A DNA stretch of 49,271 nt from an uncultured Candidatus Saccharibacteria bacterium (GTDB lineage Bacteria > Patescibacteriota > Minisyncoccia > Phycocordibacterales > CAIZLB01). Shown in pieces: positions 27,864 through 37,382 of the stretch. The stretch lies in the NCBI GenBank assembly GCA_964607805.1, contig CAZSLF010000005.1, positions 1 to 49,271 on the forward strand, written 5' to 3'. The position numbers and the translations under genes were made by a program. Each line of letters begins with the position of its first letter. Within the stretch, counting starts at the first letter, position 1. The notes below the pieces were generated by a model. It had not been told where the DNA came from, did not search any database, and worked only from the letters and a program-made list of their open reading frames with translations.

Positions 27864-29564
27864 ATGACTGAGACAAAAACTGGCTATACAATCGAATCAA
27901 ATGGCAAAACATATTATCCAGTGATCGGGCTGGAAATTCATGCAGAGCTTAAGACGCTGTCGAAGATGTTTTGTGCATGTCGAAATAATCCTGATGAGGA
28001 AAAACCGAATTCAAATGTTTGTGCAATTTGTATGGGTCATCCTGGGACATTGCCCGTGCTAAACAAACAAGCGATAAAACATATGATTCGAATTGGAACT
28101 GCAATTGGAGGAAATATTGCAGATTTTACAGAGTGGGACAGAAAAAATTATTTCTACCCTGATATTCCAAAAGCATATCAAATTAGTCAGTTTGCGCATC
28201 CGATTATTACAGGAGGTAAATTGAAAGGTATTGAACTAACAAGAATTCATCTTGAAGAGGATACCGCTTCTTCGTCACATGATAAAGGTGATTTTAGTTT
28301 GGTAAATTTTAATCGTTCAGGTGTTCCACTTATGGAGCTTGTAACTGAGCCTGTAATTCGCGATGCTAAAACAGCTGGAGAATTTGCAAAAGAGTTGCAG
28401 TTGCTGCTTAGATATTTAGGGGCAGGCGAAGCAAATATGGAAAAAGGGGAGATGCGAGTTGAGGCGAATATTTCTGTTTCAACTGAGCCACAGTCTCATA
28501 TATATATTGAGGAAGCTTTGAAAAATGGTGCGCCAGTGCCAAAAGAAGCATTCAAAACATTTGGAACAAAAACTGAGGTTAAGAATTTGAATTCATTTAA
28601 ATCTGTTGAACGCGCAATTGCATATGAATTAAATCGTCATATTGCAGCACTTGAGCTTGCAGAATCAACTGGTGCCAAATCCGAGCTTGTGCAAGAAACA
28701 AGAGGGTTCGATGAGACTACTGGAAAAACATTTAGTCAGAGAGCAAAAGAAAGTTCTCATGATTATATGTATTTCCCAGATCCTGATATTCCAAAACTTT
28801 TCATCAGTGAAATTCCTGAATTTGAAAAAGGTCAGATTTTAGCCGGACTCCCAAGTCTGCCTTGGCAAGAGCGAGATAGATTTACAAATGTTTTTGAAAT
28901 GAAAGCAGAAGATGCTGAAATGTTTGTACAAAACACAGGTTTCAGAAAGTTTTTTGAATTGGTCGCAAATGAGTTGGGTGGTGCGAACGCTCCCGGGGCT
29001 GGCGACAATATTGACAGCAAAGAGCTCGTCAAGCTTGCGACAAATTATGTTACATCGGATCTAGCCGGACTGATGAAAAAATATGGATCACTTCCTAATT
29101 CGACAGGCGCCACTTTAAACGCTATGGCAGAAGTTAAAATTCCAGTTGAAAATTTTGCGGATATTATCAAGCTTACAAAAGCGGGGGAATTGTCTTCAAG
29201 AGGCGCCAAAGATTTACTCACTATGCTTTTCTTTGCGTATTACGATATCAGTGTGCCTGACAATGAAGAAAATAAAAAAGACTCCGCCGCGCCATTGTCT
29301 CATATTGGACGTGAAAAAATCATCAATAAAAGTTCAAAAGAAATTGCAGAATTAGAAGGTCTTATTCAGAAAAATGACCCAGAAGCTCTTAACAAGATAA
29401 TTGCTGAATTAGTCTCTGCGAATCCGAGTGTGGTTGCAGATTACAAAGCGGGTAAAGAAGCTGCGCTCATGTTCTTCGTAGGACAAATTATGAAGGTAAG
29501 TAAGGGTTCTGTTAATCCTGCTGCTGCAAAAGATGCTGTTGTGGCTTTTGTGCAGAAATCTTAG
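27864..29564 (+). CDS. gatB: Asp/Glu-tRNA(Asn/Gln) amidotransferase subunit B, with several insertions
   Basis: IGLEIHAEL, C.GHPGTLP, RKNYFYPD.PK.YQISQ, HLEED, NRSGVPL.E.VTEP, EVKNLNSF, DY.YFPDPD. Confidence 0.96.
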   Translation: MTETKTGYTIESNGKTYYPVIGLEIHAELKTLSKMFCACRNNPDEEKPNSNVCAICMGHPGTLPVLNKQAIKHMIRIGTAIGGNIADFTEWDRKNYFYPDIPKAYQISQFAHPIITGGKLKGIELTRIHLEEDTASSSHDKGDFSLVNFNRSGVPLMELVTEPVIRDAKTAGEFAKELQLLLRYLGAGEANMEKGEMRVEANISVSTEPQSHIYIEEALKNGAPVPKEAFKTFGTKTEVKNLNSFKSVERAIAYELNRHIAALELAESTGAKSELVQETRGFDETTGKTFSQRAKESSHDYMYFPDPDIPKLFISEIPEFEKGQILAGLPSLPWQERDRFTNVFEMKAEDAEMFVQNTGFRKFFELVANELGGANAPGAGDNIDSKELVKLATNYVTSDLAGLMKKYGSLPNSTGATLNAMAEVKIPVENFADIIKLTKAGELSSRGAKDLLTMLFFAYYDISVPDNEENKKDSAAPLSHIGREKIINKSSKEIAELEGLIQKNDPEALNKIIAELVSANPSVVADYKAGKEAALMFFVGQIMKVSKGSVNPAAAKDAVVAFVQKS

Positions 29565-29589
29565 ATATCATTAAATAAAATTAAAAATT

Positions 29590-30012
29590 ATGAACGTATT
29601 ATTCGTATGTCGGGGCAATGCCGGAAGAAGTCAGATAGCTGAAGAAATTTTTAATAAAAAGTTTGCAGGAATTCATACGTCCAAGTCTGTCGGAACAAAA
29701 GTTGTAGATAAAGATGGTAATAGCGTGCATGGTATGAAGCTAAAGGAATTTAGTGGAATTGATAAGGTGGTTCAAGTTTTAAGTGAATTAGGTATAGAGG
29801 CCGGTGAAAATACCAGAGATCAATTGTCAGAAGATATGCTTAAAGATTTTGATAAAGTTGTGATAATGGCCGAAGAAAATACAATCCCGGACTATCTTAA
29901 AAAAGTACCAGGTGCAATATATTGGGATATCAGAGATCCTAAAGAAGAGGATTTAGATACAACTCGTATTATTCGTGATGAAATCTCTGCGAAGATAGAC
30001 GAAACTTTTTAA
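29590..30012 (+). CDS. Low-molecular-weight phosphatase/arsenate reductase family protein
   Basis: LFVCRGNAGRSQIAE (CX5R P-loop), W.I.DP. Confidence 0.85.
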   Translation: MNVLFVCRGNAGRSQIAEEIFNKKFAGIHTSKSVGTKVVDKDGNSVHGMKLKEFSGIDKVVQVLSELGIEAGENTRDQLSEDMLKDFDKVVIMAEENTIPDYLKKVPGAIYWDIRDPKEEDLDTTRIIRDEISAKIDETF

Positions 30013-30110
30013 ATTTGATACCTAGAAGTGGAAAACACATATATCTAGATATTTGATATAATGCTCATATAACAAAAAAGCGCTCCGGCGCATAAACAAT
30101 AAATACAGAC

Positions 30111-31142
30111 ATGAACAAAAAACGAGTAGCGATTAACGGGGCAGGGCGAATCGGCCGAGCATTCCTAAAATTAGCAGTTGAAGAGCCGACACTTGAAGTT
30201 GTGGCGATAAATGACTTGGCTGATATTGAAAACATTGCCTATCTTATGAAATACGATAGTGCGTACGGAAGAAGTGATCTAGATGTAAAGGCCGATAAAG
30301 AAAGAAGTGTTTTAATTATAAATGGCAAAGAAGTTGAGTATCTAAGTGTCAAAGATCCTGCAACTCTTCCATGGGCAAAACATGAAATTGATATTGTTCT
30401 TGAATCAACAGGACTATTTACTCAAGTTGATAAAGCGAACGCGCATATAACAGCAGGAGCAAAGCGTGTGGTTGTTTCAGCGCCAGTTAAAGATGATCCA
30501 ACTGGCGCAATTGCAGGTGCAACAGTTCTTATGGGAATAAACGAACCTGCACTTTCAACTTGCTCAATTACATCGAACGCTTCTTGTACTACAAACGCTG
30601 CAAGTCCTCTCATCTCAATTATTCACGATGCAATTGGAATTGAAAAAGCAATTCTTAACACGACGCATGCATACACTGCAAGTCAGGCTTTAGTTGATGC
30701 TCCAAACAAAAAAGATTGGCGAGAGGGGCGAGCTGCTGCTATGAATATGGCACCGTCCTCAACGGGTGCTGCAGTTGCTGTCACAAAAGCACTTCCGGAT
30801 CTTGCAGGAAAATTCGACGGGATTGCAATTCGAGTTCCTGTTATCGCAGGATCAATTGTAGACATTACATTTATCACAAAGCGAGCGACAACTGTAGAAG
30901 AAATAAATATTCTTTTGAAAAATGCAGCAGGTGAGGCACGATGGAAAGGAATCTTCGATGCAACAGAAGAAGAATTAGTTTCTCGAGATATTATCGGAAA
31001 CCCTCACGCTTCAATTGCAGACCTTAAGATGACTCGTGTTGTTGATGGAAATCTAGTAAAAGTTTTAGCTTGGTATGACAATGAAGGTGGATACACTCAC
31101 TCACTTGTGAGACATGTGGTGGAGGTTGCTAAACTGGTTTAA
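30111..31142 (+). CDS. gap: Type I glyceraldehyde-3-phosphate dehydrogenase
   Basis: INGAGRIGR, SNASCTTN, THAYT.SQ, RVPV..GS, WYDNE.GY. Confidence 0.96.
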   Translation: MNKKRVAINGAGRIGRAFLKLAVEEPTLEVVAINDLADIENIAYLMKYDSAYGRSDLDVKADKERSVLIINGKEVEYLSVKDPATLPWAKHEIDIVLESTGLFTQVDKANAHITAGAKRVVVSAPVKDDPTGAIAGATVLMGINEPALSTCSITSNASCTTNAASPLISIIHDAIGIEKAILNTTHAYTASQALVDAPNKKDWREGRAAAMNMAPSSTGAAVAVTKALPDLAGKFDGIAIRVPVIAGSIVDITFITKRATTVEEINILLKNAAGEARWKGIFDATEEELVSRDIIGNPHASIADLKMTRVVDGNLVKVLAWYDNEGGYTHSLVRHVVEVAKLV

Positions 31143-31146
31143 ACTT

Positions 31147-31341
31147 ATGAAAAAATTCATCTATACATTAGCGATAATAATTGTTTTGTTTCTTGCATCA
31201 TGGTTTATAGAGAATTATTATTGTCACAGCCTTAATAGATTCAATACTGTCGGTCCGACGGAACATAATAACTCAGTATTTTGTCTAGTAAATTCATATC
31301 CGGCATTAATTGGGGTATTGATTTATGACTATGTAAAGTAA
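31147..31341 (+). CDS. Small hypothetical membrane/secreted protein (64 aa)
   Basis: MKK plus hydrophobic N-terminus, two Cys, hydrophobic C-terminus; ATG 4 nt after the gap stop. Confidence 0.5.
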   Translation: MKKFIYTLAIIIVLFLASWFIENYYCHSLNRFNTVGPTEHNNSVFCLVNSYPALIGVLIYDYVK

Positions 31342-31385
31342 AAATATGAACTGCCCAAAATGCAATAAAAAGAAGTAAAGTAACT

Positions 31386-31634
31386 TTAATCTTCTCCTAA
31401 ATATTCTTCAGCTTTCTGTAGGGCATATTTGTTCATTTCTTCAATTGAAATGCCAATCATTTCTGCAACCTCTGCGATATAATCAGGATTAGAATTCTCA
31501 CTGCCTTCAATAGGTGCAAATGTAATAATATCGGAGATTATGTCGTCCTTATTCATCCCTTCTGCTTCAGCCAATTGCTCAATTAAAGCATCAATTTCAT
31601 CCTCTCTGCTTTCATAATTAGGTAGTCCTTCCAT
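31386..31634 (-). CDS. Small acidic hypothetical protein (82 aa)
   Basis: Very Glu/Asp-rich helical ORF; TG-A-TATACT 15 nt upstream on the minus strand. Confidence 0.65.
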   Translation of the reverse strand: MEGLPNYESREDEIDALIEQLAEAEGMNKDDIISDIITFAPIEGSENSNPDYIAEVAEMIGISIEEMNKYALQKAEEYLGED

Positions 31635-31684
31635 AGATATTGTGTATATAGTATATCAATATTCGACATGGTACGATATAACAT

Positions 31685-32230
31685 ATGAAAATCTCCATAG
31701 CATCAGACCATGCCGGATTTGAACTCAAGAAGTTCCTAATAGAGGAGCTTTTGAATTCTGGTTACGATGTGTATGATCATGGGGCTCATGAGCTGATTCC
31801 AGAGGACGATTATCCGACATATATATCATATGTAGCCAAAGATATTTCAACATATGAGGAAGCACGAATTCAGGGTCATGAATCGAGCCATACAGTTCAT
31901 GGCGAGAAAAAGGGCCATAGACACCATGTTGGTATCGTAATTGGTGGATCTGGTCAAGGGGAGGCTATTGTAGCCAATAAGTTTCCACATGTTAGGGCTG
32001 CAACAGTGTATGGTGGACGAGATGTTGGTGGATCAAGAGAATTGCTCGAAAAAATTGTAAAACTTTCTCGCGAGCACAATGATTCAAATATTTTATCACT
32101 CGGCGCCCGATTCATGTCTCAAGAAGAAGCACTTGATATGGTAAGTATTTGGCTTGAAACAGAATTTGAGGGAGGCGACAGACATAAAAGAAGAATTGAG
32201 GAAATAGAAGAAATAGAAAAGGAAAATTAA
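31685..32230 (+). CDS. rpiB: Ribose-5-phosphate isomerase B (GGSGxGE type) with His-rich insertion
   Basis: IASDHAGFELK, DDYP, GGSGQGE, REHNDSN.LSLGARF, GDRH.RRI. Confidence 0.93.
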   Translation: MKISIASDHAGFELKKFLIEELLNSGYDVYDHGAHELIPEDDYPTYISYVAKDISTYEEARIQGHESSHTVHGEKKGHRHHVGIVIGGSGQGEAIVANKFPHVRAATVYGGRDVGGSRELLEKIVKLSREHNDSNILSLGARFMSQEEALDMVSIWLETEFEGGDRHKRRIEEIEEIEKEN

Positions 32231-32289
32231 TTTATAAATTCGGTTCACAATAATTCATTACTCATAAAAACCGCAATTAAAAACCACAT

Positions 32290-33147
32290 ATGGAAGCACA
32301 ATCAAAAATCATTTCAACAACAATTATTCCAGCAATCATGCCAAAAGATTTTGCTGATTTAGAGTTTAAAGCGAGCAATATAAAAGATGTGGTGCCGCGA
32401 GCACAAATCGATATTATGGATGGAGTTTTTGTGCAGTCGCTTTCATGGCCATTTCATAAACCTTCAAAAGGAGTGATGTTAAAAGATGAAGACCGAGCAC
32501 ATGAACCAGATCATGTTGATATAAATTTTAGAAAGATGCAGTCAGAGGAAATGGGTCTGCCTTTTTGGGAAAAACTCGATTATGATGTTGACCTTATGGT
32601 TGAAAATCCAGCAAAAGCAGTTATGGAATGGGCCAAGGTTGGTGTTCACAGAGTAATTCTTCATCTTCGAGAAGATAATACAAACGATATAACAGTTGCA
32701 ATCGAAGTTGCTAAGGAGTATTCACTTGAAATATCACTTGCACTTTTACCTGGAGAAATTTCGCCAAAACTAAAAGAATTTATTTTTGAAAAACATATTG
32801 GTGATATAACAGGAATCCAGTGCATGGGGATTGAAAAAGTTGGTTATCAAAATCAAGAATTCTCACCAAAAGTTTTCGAAACTATTAAAGAGATTTTAGC
32901 TGAGTTGCATAAGTATAATGAAAAGATGCATGCAGCTGCGCAGGCTCAAGCTGGTTCAGAAACACAAAACGCTGGTACTGCTGTCGCCGAAAAGAACTTA
33001 GAAATTTCAGTCGATGGGGGAGTTGATCATGAAAACGCTCGTCCGCTCTACGATGCAGGTGTTGATAAGCTAATTTCAGGTCACGCTATTTTCGAATCGC
33101 ATTCACCAGCTCAAGAAATTGAATTTTTTGAAGATGTTCTCGGTTAG
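32290..33147 (+). CDS. rpe: Ribulose-phosphate 3-epimerase (divergent metal site)
   Basis: DIMDG.FV, DLMV.NP, M.I..VG.Q.Q.F, ISVDGGV, SG.AIF; lies between rpiB and tkt. Confidence 0.85.
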   Translation: MEAQSKIISTTIIPAIMPKDFADLEFKASNIKDVVPRAQIDIMDGVFVQSLSWPFHKPSKGVMLKDEDRAHEPDHVDINFRKMQSEEMGLPFWEKLDYDVDLMVENPAKAVMEWAKVGVHRVILHLREDNTNDITVAIEVAKEYSLEISLALLPGEISPKLKEFIFEKHIGDITGIQCMGIEKVGYQNQEFSPKVFETIKEILAELHKYNEKMHAAAQAQAGSETQNAGTAVAEKNLEISVDGGVDHENARPLYDAGVDKLISGHAIFESHSPAQEIEFFEDVLG

Positions 33148-33231
33148 TAATCGCCAGTTTTTTTAAGTATTGTCGACACAGCTGCGTTTTCCCTTTGATG
33201 CACTGATTTAATACGTTATAATTCAAGTATT

Positions 33232-34113
33232 ATGTCACTTACCGATGACCAAGTTCTTCATCTTCAAACAAAAGCGAACGATATTCGTATTTCGATTATC
33301 GAGATGCTAGCTGAAGCAAAGTCAGGGCACTCAGGCGGGCCTTTAGGTATGGCAGATATTTTCGCTGCACTATATTTTAATATAATGAATCATGATCCCA
33401 AGAATCCAACTTGGGAAAAGCGTGACAGACTGGTTCTTTCAAATGGCCATATCTGCCCAGTACTATATGCCTCTATGGCACATGCAGGATATTTTCCAGT
33501 TGAAGAATTAAAAACACTTAGAAAATTTGGTTCAAGAATTCAAGGTCATCCTCATAGAGAATTTTTACCAATGCTTGAAACAAGTTCAGGTCCGCTCGGT
33601 TCGGGCCTCTCTCAAGCAGTGGGTATGGCCCTCGCGGACCGCATCGACTTTGGCAAACTACCTCACCGATTTATCTACGCACTTCTTTCAGATGGCGAAC
33701 ACAATGAAGGTCAGATTTGGGAAGCAGGCCTTCTTGCCGGAAAAGAAAAACTTGGAAATCTAATTGCAATTATTGATAGAAATAATATTCAGATTGACGG
33801 ATATACAGAAGATATTATGCCTCTCTCACCTCTATATGATAAATGGAAATCTTTTGGCTGGTATGTAATTGAAGTGGACGGACACGACACGCGAGCAATC
33901 ACTGAAGCAATACATGAGGCGCAGGCCATTTTCAATAAACCTACTATGATTATTGCACATACGATTCCTGGAAAAGGTGTTGGATATATGGAAGAAAGAT
34001 TCGAGTGGCATGGAACTCCGCCAGGTTTGAGCGATATAAATGGCGCCCCAGAAAAAGCTAAACAAGTCGAGTTGGCTCTGGCTGAACTTAAGAATAACGC
34101 TGCGAAAAAATAG
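33232..34113 (+). CDS. tkt: Transketolase, N-terminal (ThDP-binding) subunit
   Basis: SGHSGG, RDRLVLSNGH, QGHP, SSGPLG.G, SDGE..EG..WEA, DRNNIQIDG. Confidence 0.95.
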   Translation: MSLTDDQVLHLQTKANDIRISIIEMLAEAKSGHSGGPLGMADIFAALYFNIMNHDPKNPTWEKRDRLVLSNGHICPVLYASMAHAGYFPVEELKTLRKFGSRIQGHPHREFLPMLETSSGPLGSGLSQAVGMALADRIDFGKLPHRFIYALLSDGEHNEGQIWEAGLLAGKEKLGNLIAIIDRNNIQIDGYTEDIMPLSPLYDKWKSFGWYVIEVDGHDTRAITEAIHEAQAIFNKPTMIIAHTIPGKGVGYMEERFEWHGTPPGLSDINGAPEKAKQVELALAELKNNAAKK

Positions 34114-34149
34114 CCGCGACTTAAACGTAAAATAAATTTAATTAATAAA

Positions 34150-35196
34150 ATGCTAAATCCAGCCCTAAAACTAAATCCAAATCTACTCGATGCCGATGAG
34201 ACAAAGATCGAGCAAGTTCCAATCCGAAAAGGTTTTGGTCAGGGACTTTTGGCTGCAGCAGAAAAAGATAAAAGAGTTGTTGGACTTTGTGCTGATCTCA
34301 CAGAATCAACGCAGATGAATTTATTTAAAGAAAAATTTCCAAATCGATTTATTGAAATTGGTGTGGCAGAACAAAATATGGCATCTGTTGCGTCGGGCAT
34401 GGCTGCTATGGGAAAGATTCCTGCGATCAGTTCATACGCTATGTTTAGTCCTGGAAGAAATTGGGAACAAATCCGCACAACAATTTGTTATAACGATCAA
34501 AAAGTTTTAATTGCAGGATCACATGCTGGAGTTTCTGTGGGTCCTGACGGCGGGTCACATCAAGCGCTGGAGGATATTGCAATCACTCGAGTGATTCCAA
34601 ATATGACAGTTTTTTCACCTTGCGATGTTATTGAGGCTCGCAAAATAACAGAGTTAGCACTTAGTGATGCAGTTACAACTCCGACATATCTTCGACTAGC
34701 TCGAGAAAAAACTCCAGTTATTACTACTGAAGAGACTCCTTTTGACGCGACCAATTTACATAAAGGACAATTATATTTTATTCCATCACCTGAAATAACT
34801 GCCAAAAAACCTCAAGCTGAAGTTGGAATTATTGCAACAGGTTCTTTGGTTTTCAACGCTCTAAAAGCAGCGGATGAATTAGAAAAAGAGGGAATTGCTG
34901 TAAAAGTTTTGCATATTCATTCGATTAAACCTTTGGATAATGAATCCGTCTTAGCACTAGCAAATGAAACAGGTGCAATCGTAACTGTCGAAGAACATCA
35001 AATTGCCGGAGGATTCGGAAGTGCAATCGCAGAATGTCTCGTACAAAATATGTCGAAGCCTACGCCAATTGAATTTATTGGTATGAAAGATAAGTTTGGA
35101 CAATCAGGTACACCAAAAGAATTAATAGAATTTTATGGAATGGGCCTCCGCCACATAAAAGAAGCTGCGAAGAAGGTTATCGCGCGAAAGGGTTAG
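34150..35196 (+). CDS. tkt: Transketolase, C-terminal subunit
   Basis: ADLTEST, GVAEQNM, G.DGGSHQALED, YLRL.R, SIKPLD, EEHQ..GG.GS. Confidence 0.93.
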   Translation: MLNPALKLNPNLLDADETKIEQVPIRKGFGQGLLAAAEKDKRVVGLCADLTESTQMNLFKEKFPNRFIEIGVAEQNMASVASGMAAMGKIPAISSYAMFSPGRNWEQIRTTICYNDQKVLIAGSHAGVSVGPDGGSHQALEDIAITRVIPNMTVFSPCDVIEARKITELALSDAVTTPTYLRLAREKTPVITTEETPFDATNLHKGQLYFIPSPEITAKKPQAEVGIIATGSLVFNALKAADELEKEGIAVKVLHIHSIKPLDNESVLALANETGAIVTVEEHQIAGGFGSAIAECLVQNMSKPTPIEFIGMKDKFGQSGTPKELIEFYGMGLRHIKEAAKKVIARKG

Positions 35197-35234
35197 ATTT
35201 TGGACCAATTTGCTAACTAACAGCAACAGCTTTT

Positions 35235-36299
35235 CTAACCAACCACAACTTTTACATCCCAACCAGCTGGAGAATTTTTCAAATATTCCTCAATTTTCTC
35301 ATGAGTTAAAAGTCCTGCTTGCGCACCTACATGTTGGCAAACATTCATAGAATTAATTGAACCCCATTTTAGGCAAGTAGAAACATCGTGTCCAAGCGTG
35401 TATGCAACCGAGAAAGTCGAGGCAAATGCATCGCCCGCACCAGTTCTTTCATATGGCGGCGCGATATCAGGGTAAATATCAAGATGAATTACTTGATCAT
35501 AATTTAATTTTCCAATTTCTCCCGGAGTAGTAGATGCTGCAGAGCTGTATGTATACGCACCACCTGGGCCATCTGTAATAACAGGCAACTTTGGTCCAAG
35601 TGCTCGCAAACCATCGAGCAACTCCTTCAATCGCTCTGGAGTTTTAGGTTTTGCTTCTAGCTTTAAAATTCGCTCTGCTTCTTCAGTATTGCAAAAGAAG
35701 ACGTCAGTTCTTTGATAAATTCTTTTAAGTGAGTCGGTACCCCATTTCATCTGAAAAGTTCCTGGCTGAAAAATAAATTTAATTTCAGGGTGTGCCTCTA
35801 AATAATTGGCGATATTTGTATGAAATGGCAAAGCGTTCTCAGACAGAGAACTTAAATATATACACTTAGGCTTTCCAATATTTGGTAATTCATATTCATA
35901 TTCCTCATGCTTAATCAAAATAGTTCGCTCATCTTGATACCAGAGAACATAGTGATAATTAGTTTTCTTGTCTTGATGAACTTTTACGAATTCCGCAGAG
36001 ACGCCATCTTTCTCCATTTGAACTAAACATTTTTTACCGTCATTGTCCCCACCAATATTTACAACTAATCCTGATGAAAGACCGAGTCTTGCTGCAGAAA
36101 CTGCAGCGTTTGCACTATTGCCTACAGCTGCAATTTCTTCCGCAAAATCAAATTCGATTTTATCACCGAAAGGGAGAGCAATTTCCTTTGTTCCATTTTC
36201 ATTTTTAATAACACGAGCTTTAGATTTTTCTCCAAGTCTAATAAATGCGTCTATTACCATATCACCAATTGCGATAAATTCGGGCTGATTTGTTGTCAT
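35235..36299 (-). CDS. PfkB/ribokinase-family carbohydrate kinase
   Basis: GNSANAA..AARLG, IGGD.DG, F.N.EEA, ITDG..G, ERTGAGDAFAS. Confidence 0.9.
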   Translation of the reverse strand: MTTNQPEFIAIGDMVIDAFIRLGEKSKARVIKNENGTKEIALPFGDKIEFDFAEEIAAVGNSANAAVSAARLGLSSGLVVNIGGDNDGKKCLVQMEKDGVSAEFVKVHQDKKTNYHYVLWYQDERTILIKHEEYEYELPNIGKPKCIYLSSLSENALPFHTNIANYLEAHPEIKFIFQPGTFQMKWGTDSLKRIYQRTDVFFCNTEEAERILKLEAKPKTPERLKELLDGLRALGPKLPVITDGPGGAYTYSSAASTTPGEIGKLNYDQVIHLDIYPDIAPPYERTGAGDAFASTFSVAYTLGHDVSTCLKWGSINSMNVCQHVGAQAGLLTHEKIEEYLKNSPAGWDVKVVVG

Positions 36300-36391
36300 A
36301 GGAATAATAATATCATATTAGAATTGCAACTTATTAATAAGTCATAAAAATGGGATTTTGGAGGAATTTCCACTATGTTACAATACTCAGT

Positions 36392-37291
36392 ATGACAAAA
36401 GACATATCAGGAATTACAAATCTCCGTTCATGCGTGGCGTGGGCAAGAGAAAACAAGGTTGCGGTGGGACATTTTAATATTTCTAATCTTGAAACACTAC
36501 GAGCAATTGCTTTAACAGCAAAAAAACTCGGTGTACCAGTAATTATCGGTGTATCAGAAGGGGAGCGCGATGCTATTGGCGTACCTATGGCTCGAGCCAT
36601 GGTTTCAGCAATTGTAGATGAATTAAATCACCCAATATTTTTAAATGCAGACCATACATATTCATTTGAAAGAGTGAAAGAAGTAATTGATGCAGGATTT
36701 GACGCTGTAATTATCGATGCTGCTAAACTTTCAACTGAAGAAAATATTGCACTTGCTAAAAAGTGTGTGGAATATGCAAAAGAAGTTAGTGCCAAAACAG
36801 GTCGCGATATATTAGTTGAAGGTGAATTAGGATATATCGGACAAAGTTCAAAAATTATGGATAGTATTCCAGAGGGTGTAGGTCTTGATCCAGCTTCTCT
36901 TACTCAGCCAGACGATCTAGCTGCATATGTCGCTGCGACAGGAATTGATCTAATTGCACCTGCAGTTGGTAACGTGCACGGTTTAGTTCGAAGCGGTAAC
37001 CCGCGTTTAAATATTGAGCGAATCGGAGAGCTAACAAAAGCTTCTCCTGCAGGAGTTGTACTTCACGGTGCCTCTGGAATTGCTACTGAGGACTTAGCAG
37101 CAGCTGTTGAAAATGGCGTATGTATAGTGCACTACAATACCGACCTGCGAGTCGCTTTTACCTCTGCACTACGAGATTTCGTGGCCACAAATAAGGATGA
37201 AACAACACCATATAAGATGATGCAACCCTCTGTTGAAGCAGTTTCTAAGGTGGTTGAGGAGAAGTTGAAGGTTATGAATCGGATGGTTTAG
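36392..37291 (+). CDS. fba: Class II fructose-bisphosphate aldolase
   Basis: GHFN, NADH, VEGELG.IG, A.GNVHG, VLHGASG, NTDLR. Start placed 7 nt after TG-T-TACAAT. Confidence 0.93.
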   Translation: MTKDISGITNLRSCVAWARENKVAVGHFNISNLETLRAIALTAKKLGVPVIIGVSEGERDAIGVPMARAMVSAIVDELNHPIFLNADHTYSFERVKEVIDAGFDAVIIDAAKLSTEENIALAKKCVEYAKEVSAKTGRDILVEGELGYIGQSSKIMDSIPEGVGLDPASLTQPDDLAAYVAATGIDLIAPAVGNVHGLVRSGNPRLNIERIGELTKASPAGVVLHGASGIATEDLAAAVENGVCIVHYNTDLRVAFTSALRDFVATNKDETTPYKMMQPSVEAVSKVVEEKLKVMNRMV

Positions 37292-37382
37292 GGCTCCTGT
37301 TTTAGCCGTTTTAGGCCAATTTATAGACCGTTTTTAGCCACGCTATTGCTTTTTTAGCTTTTACGGATATAATCATCCCATT

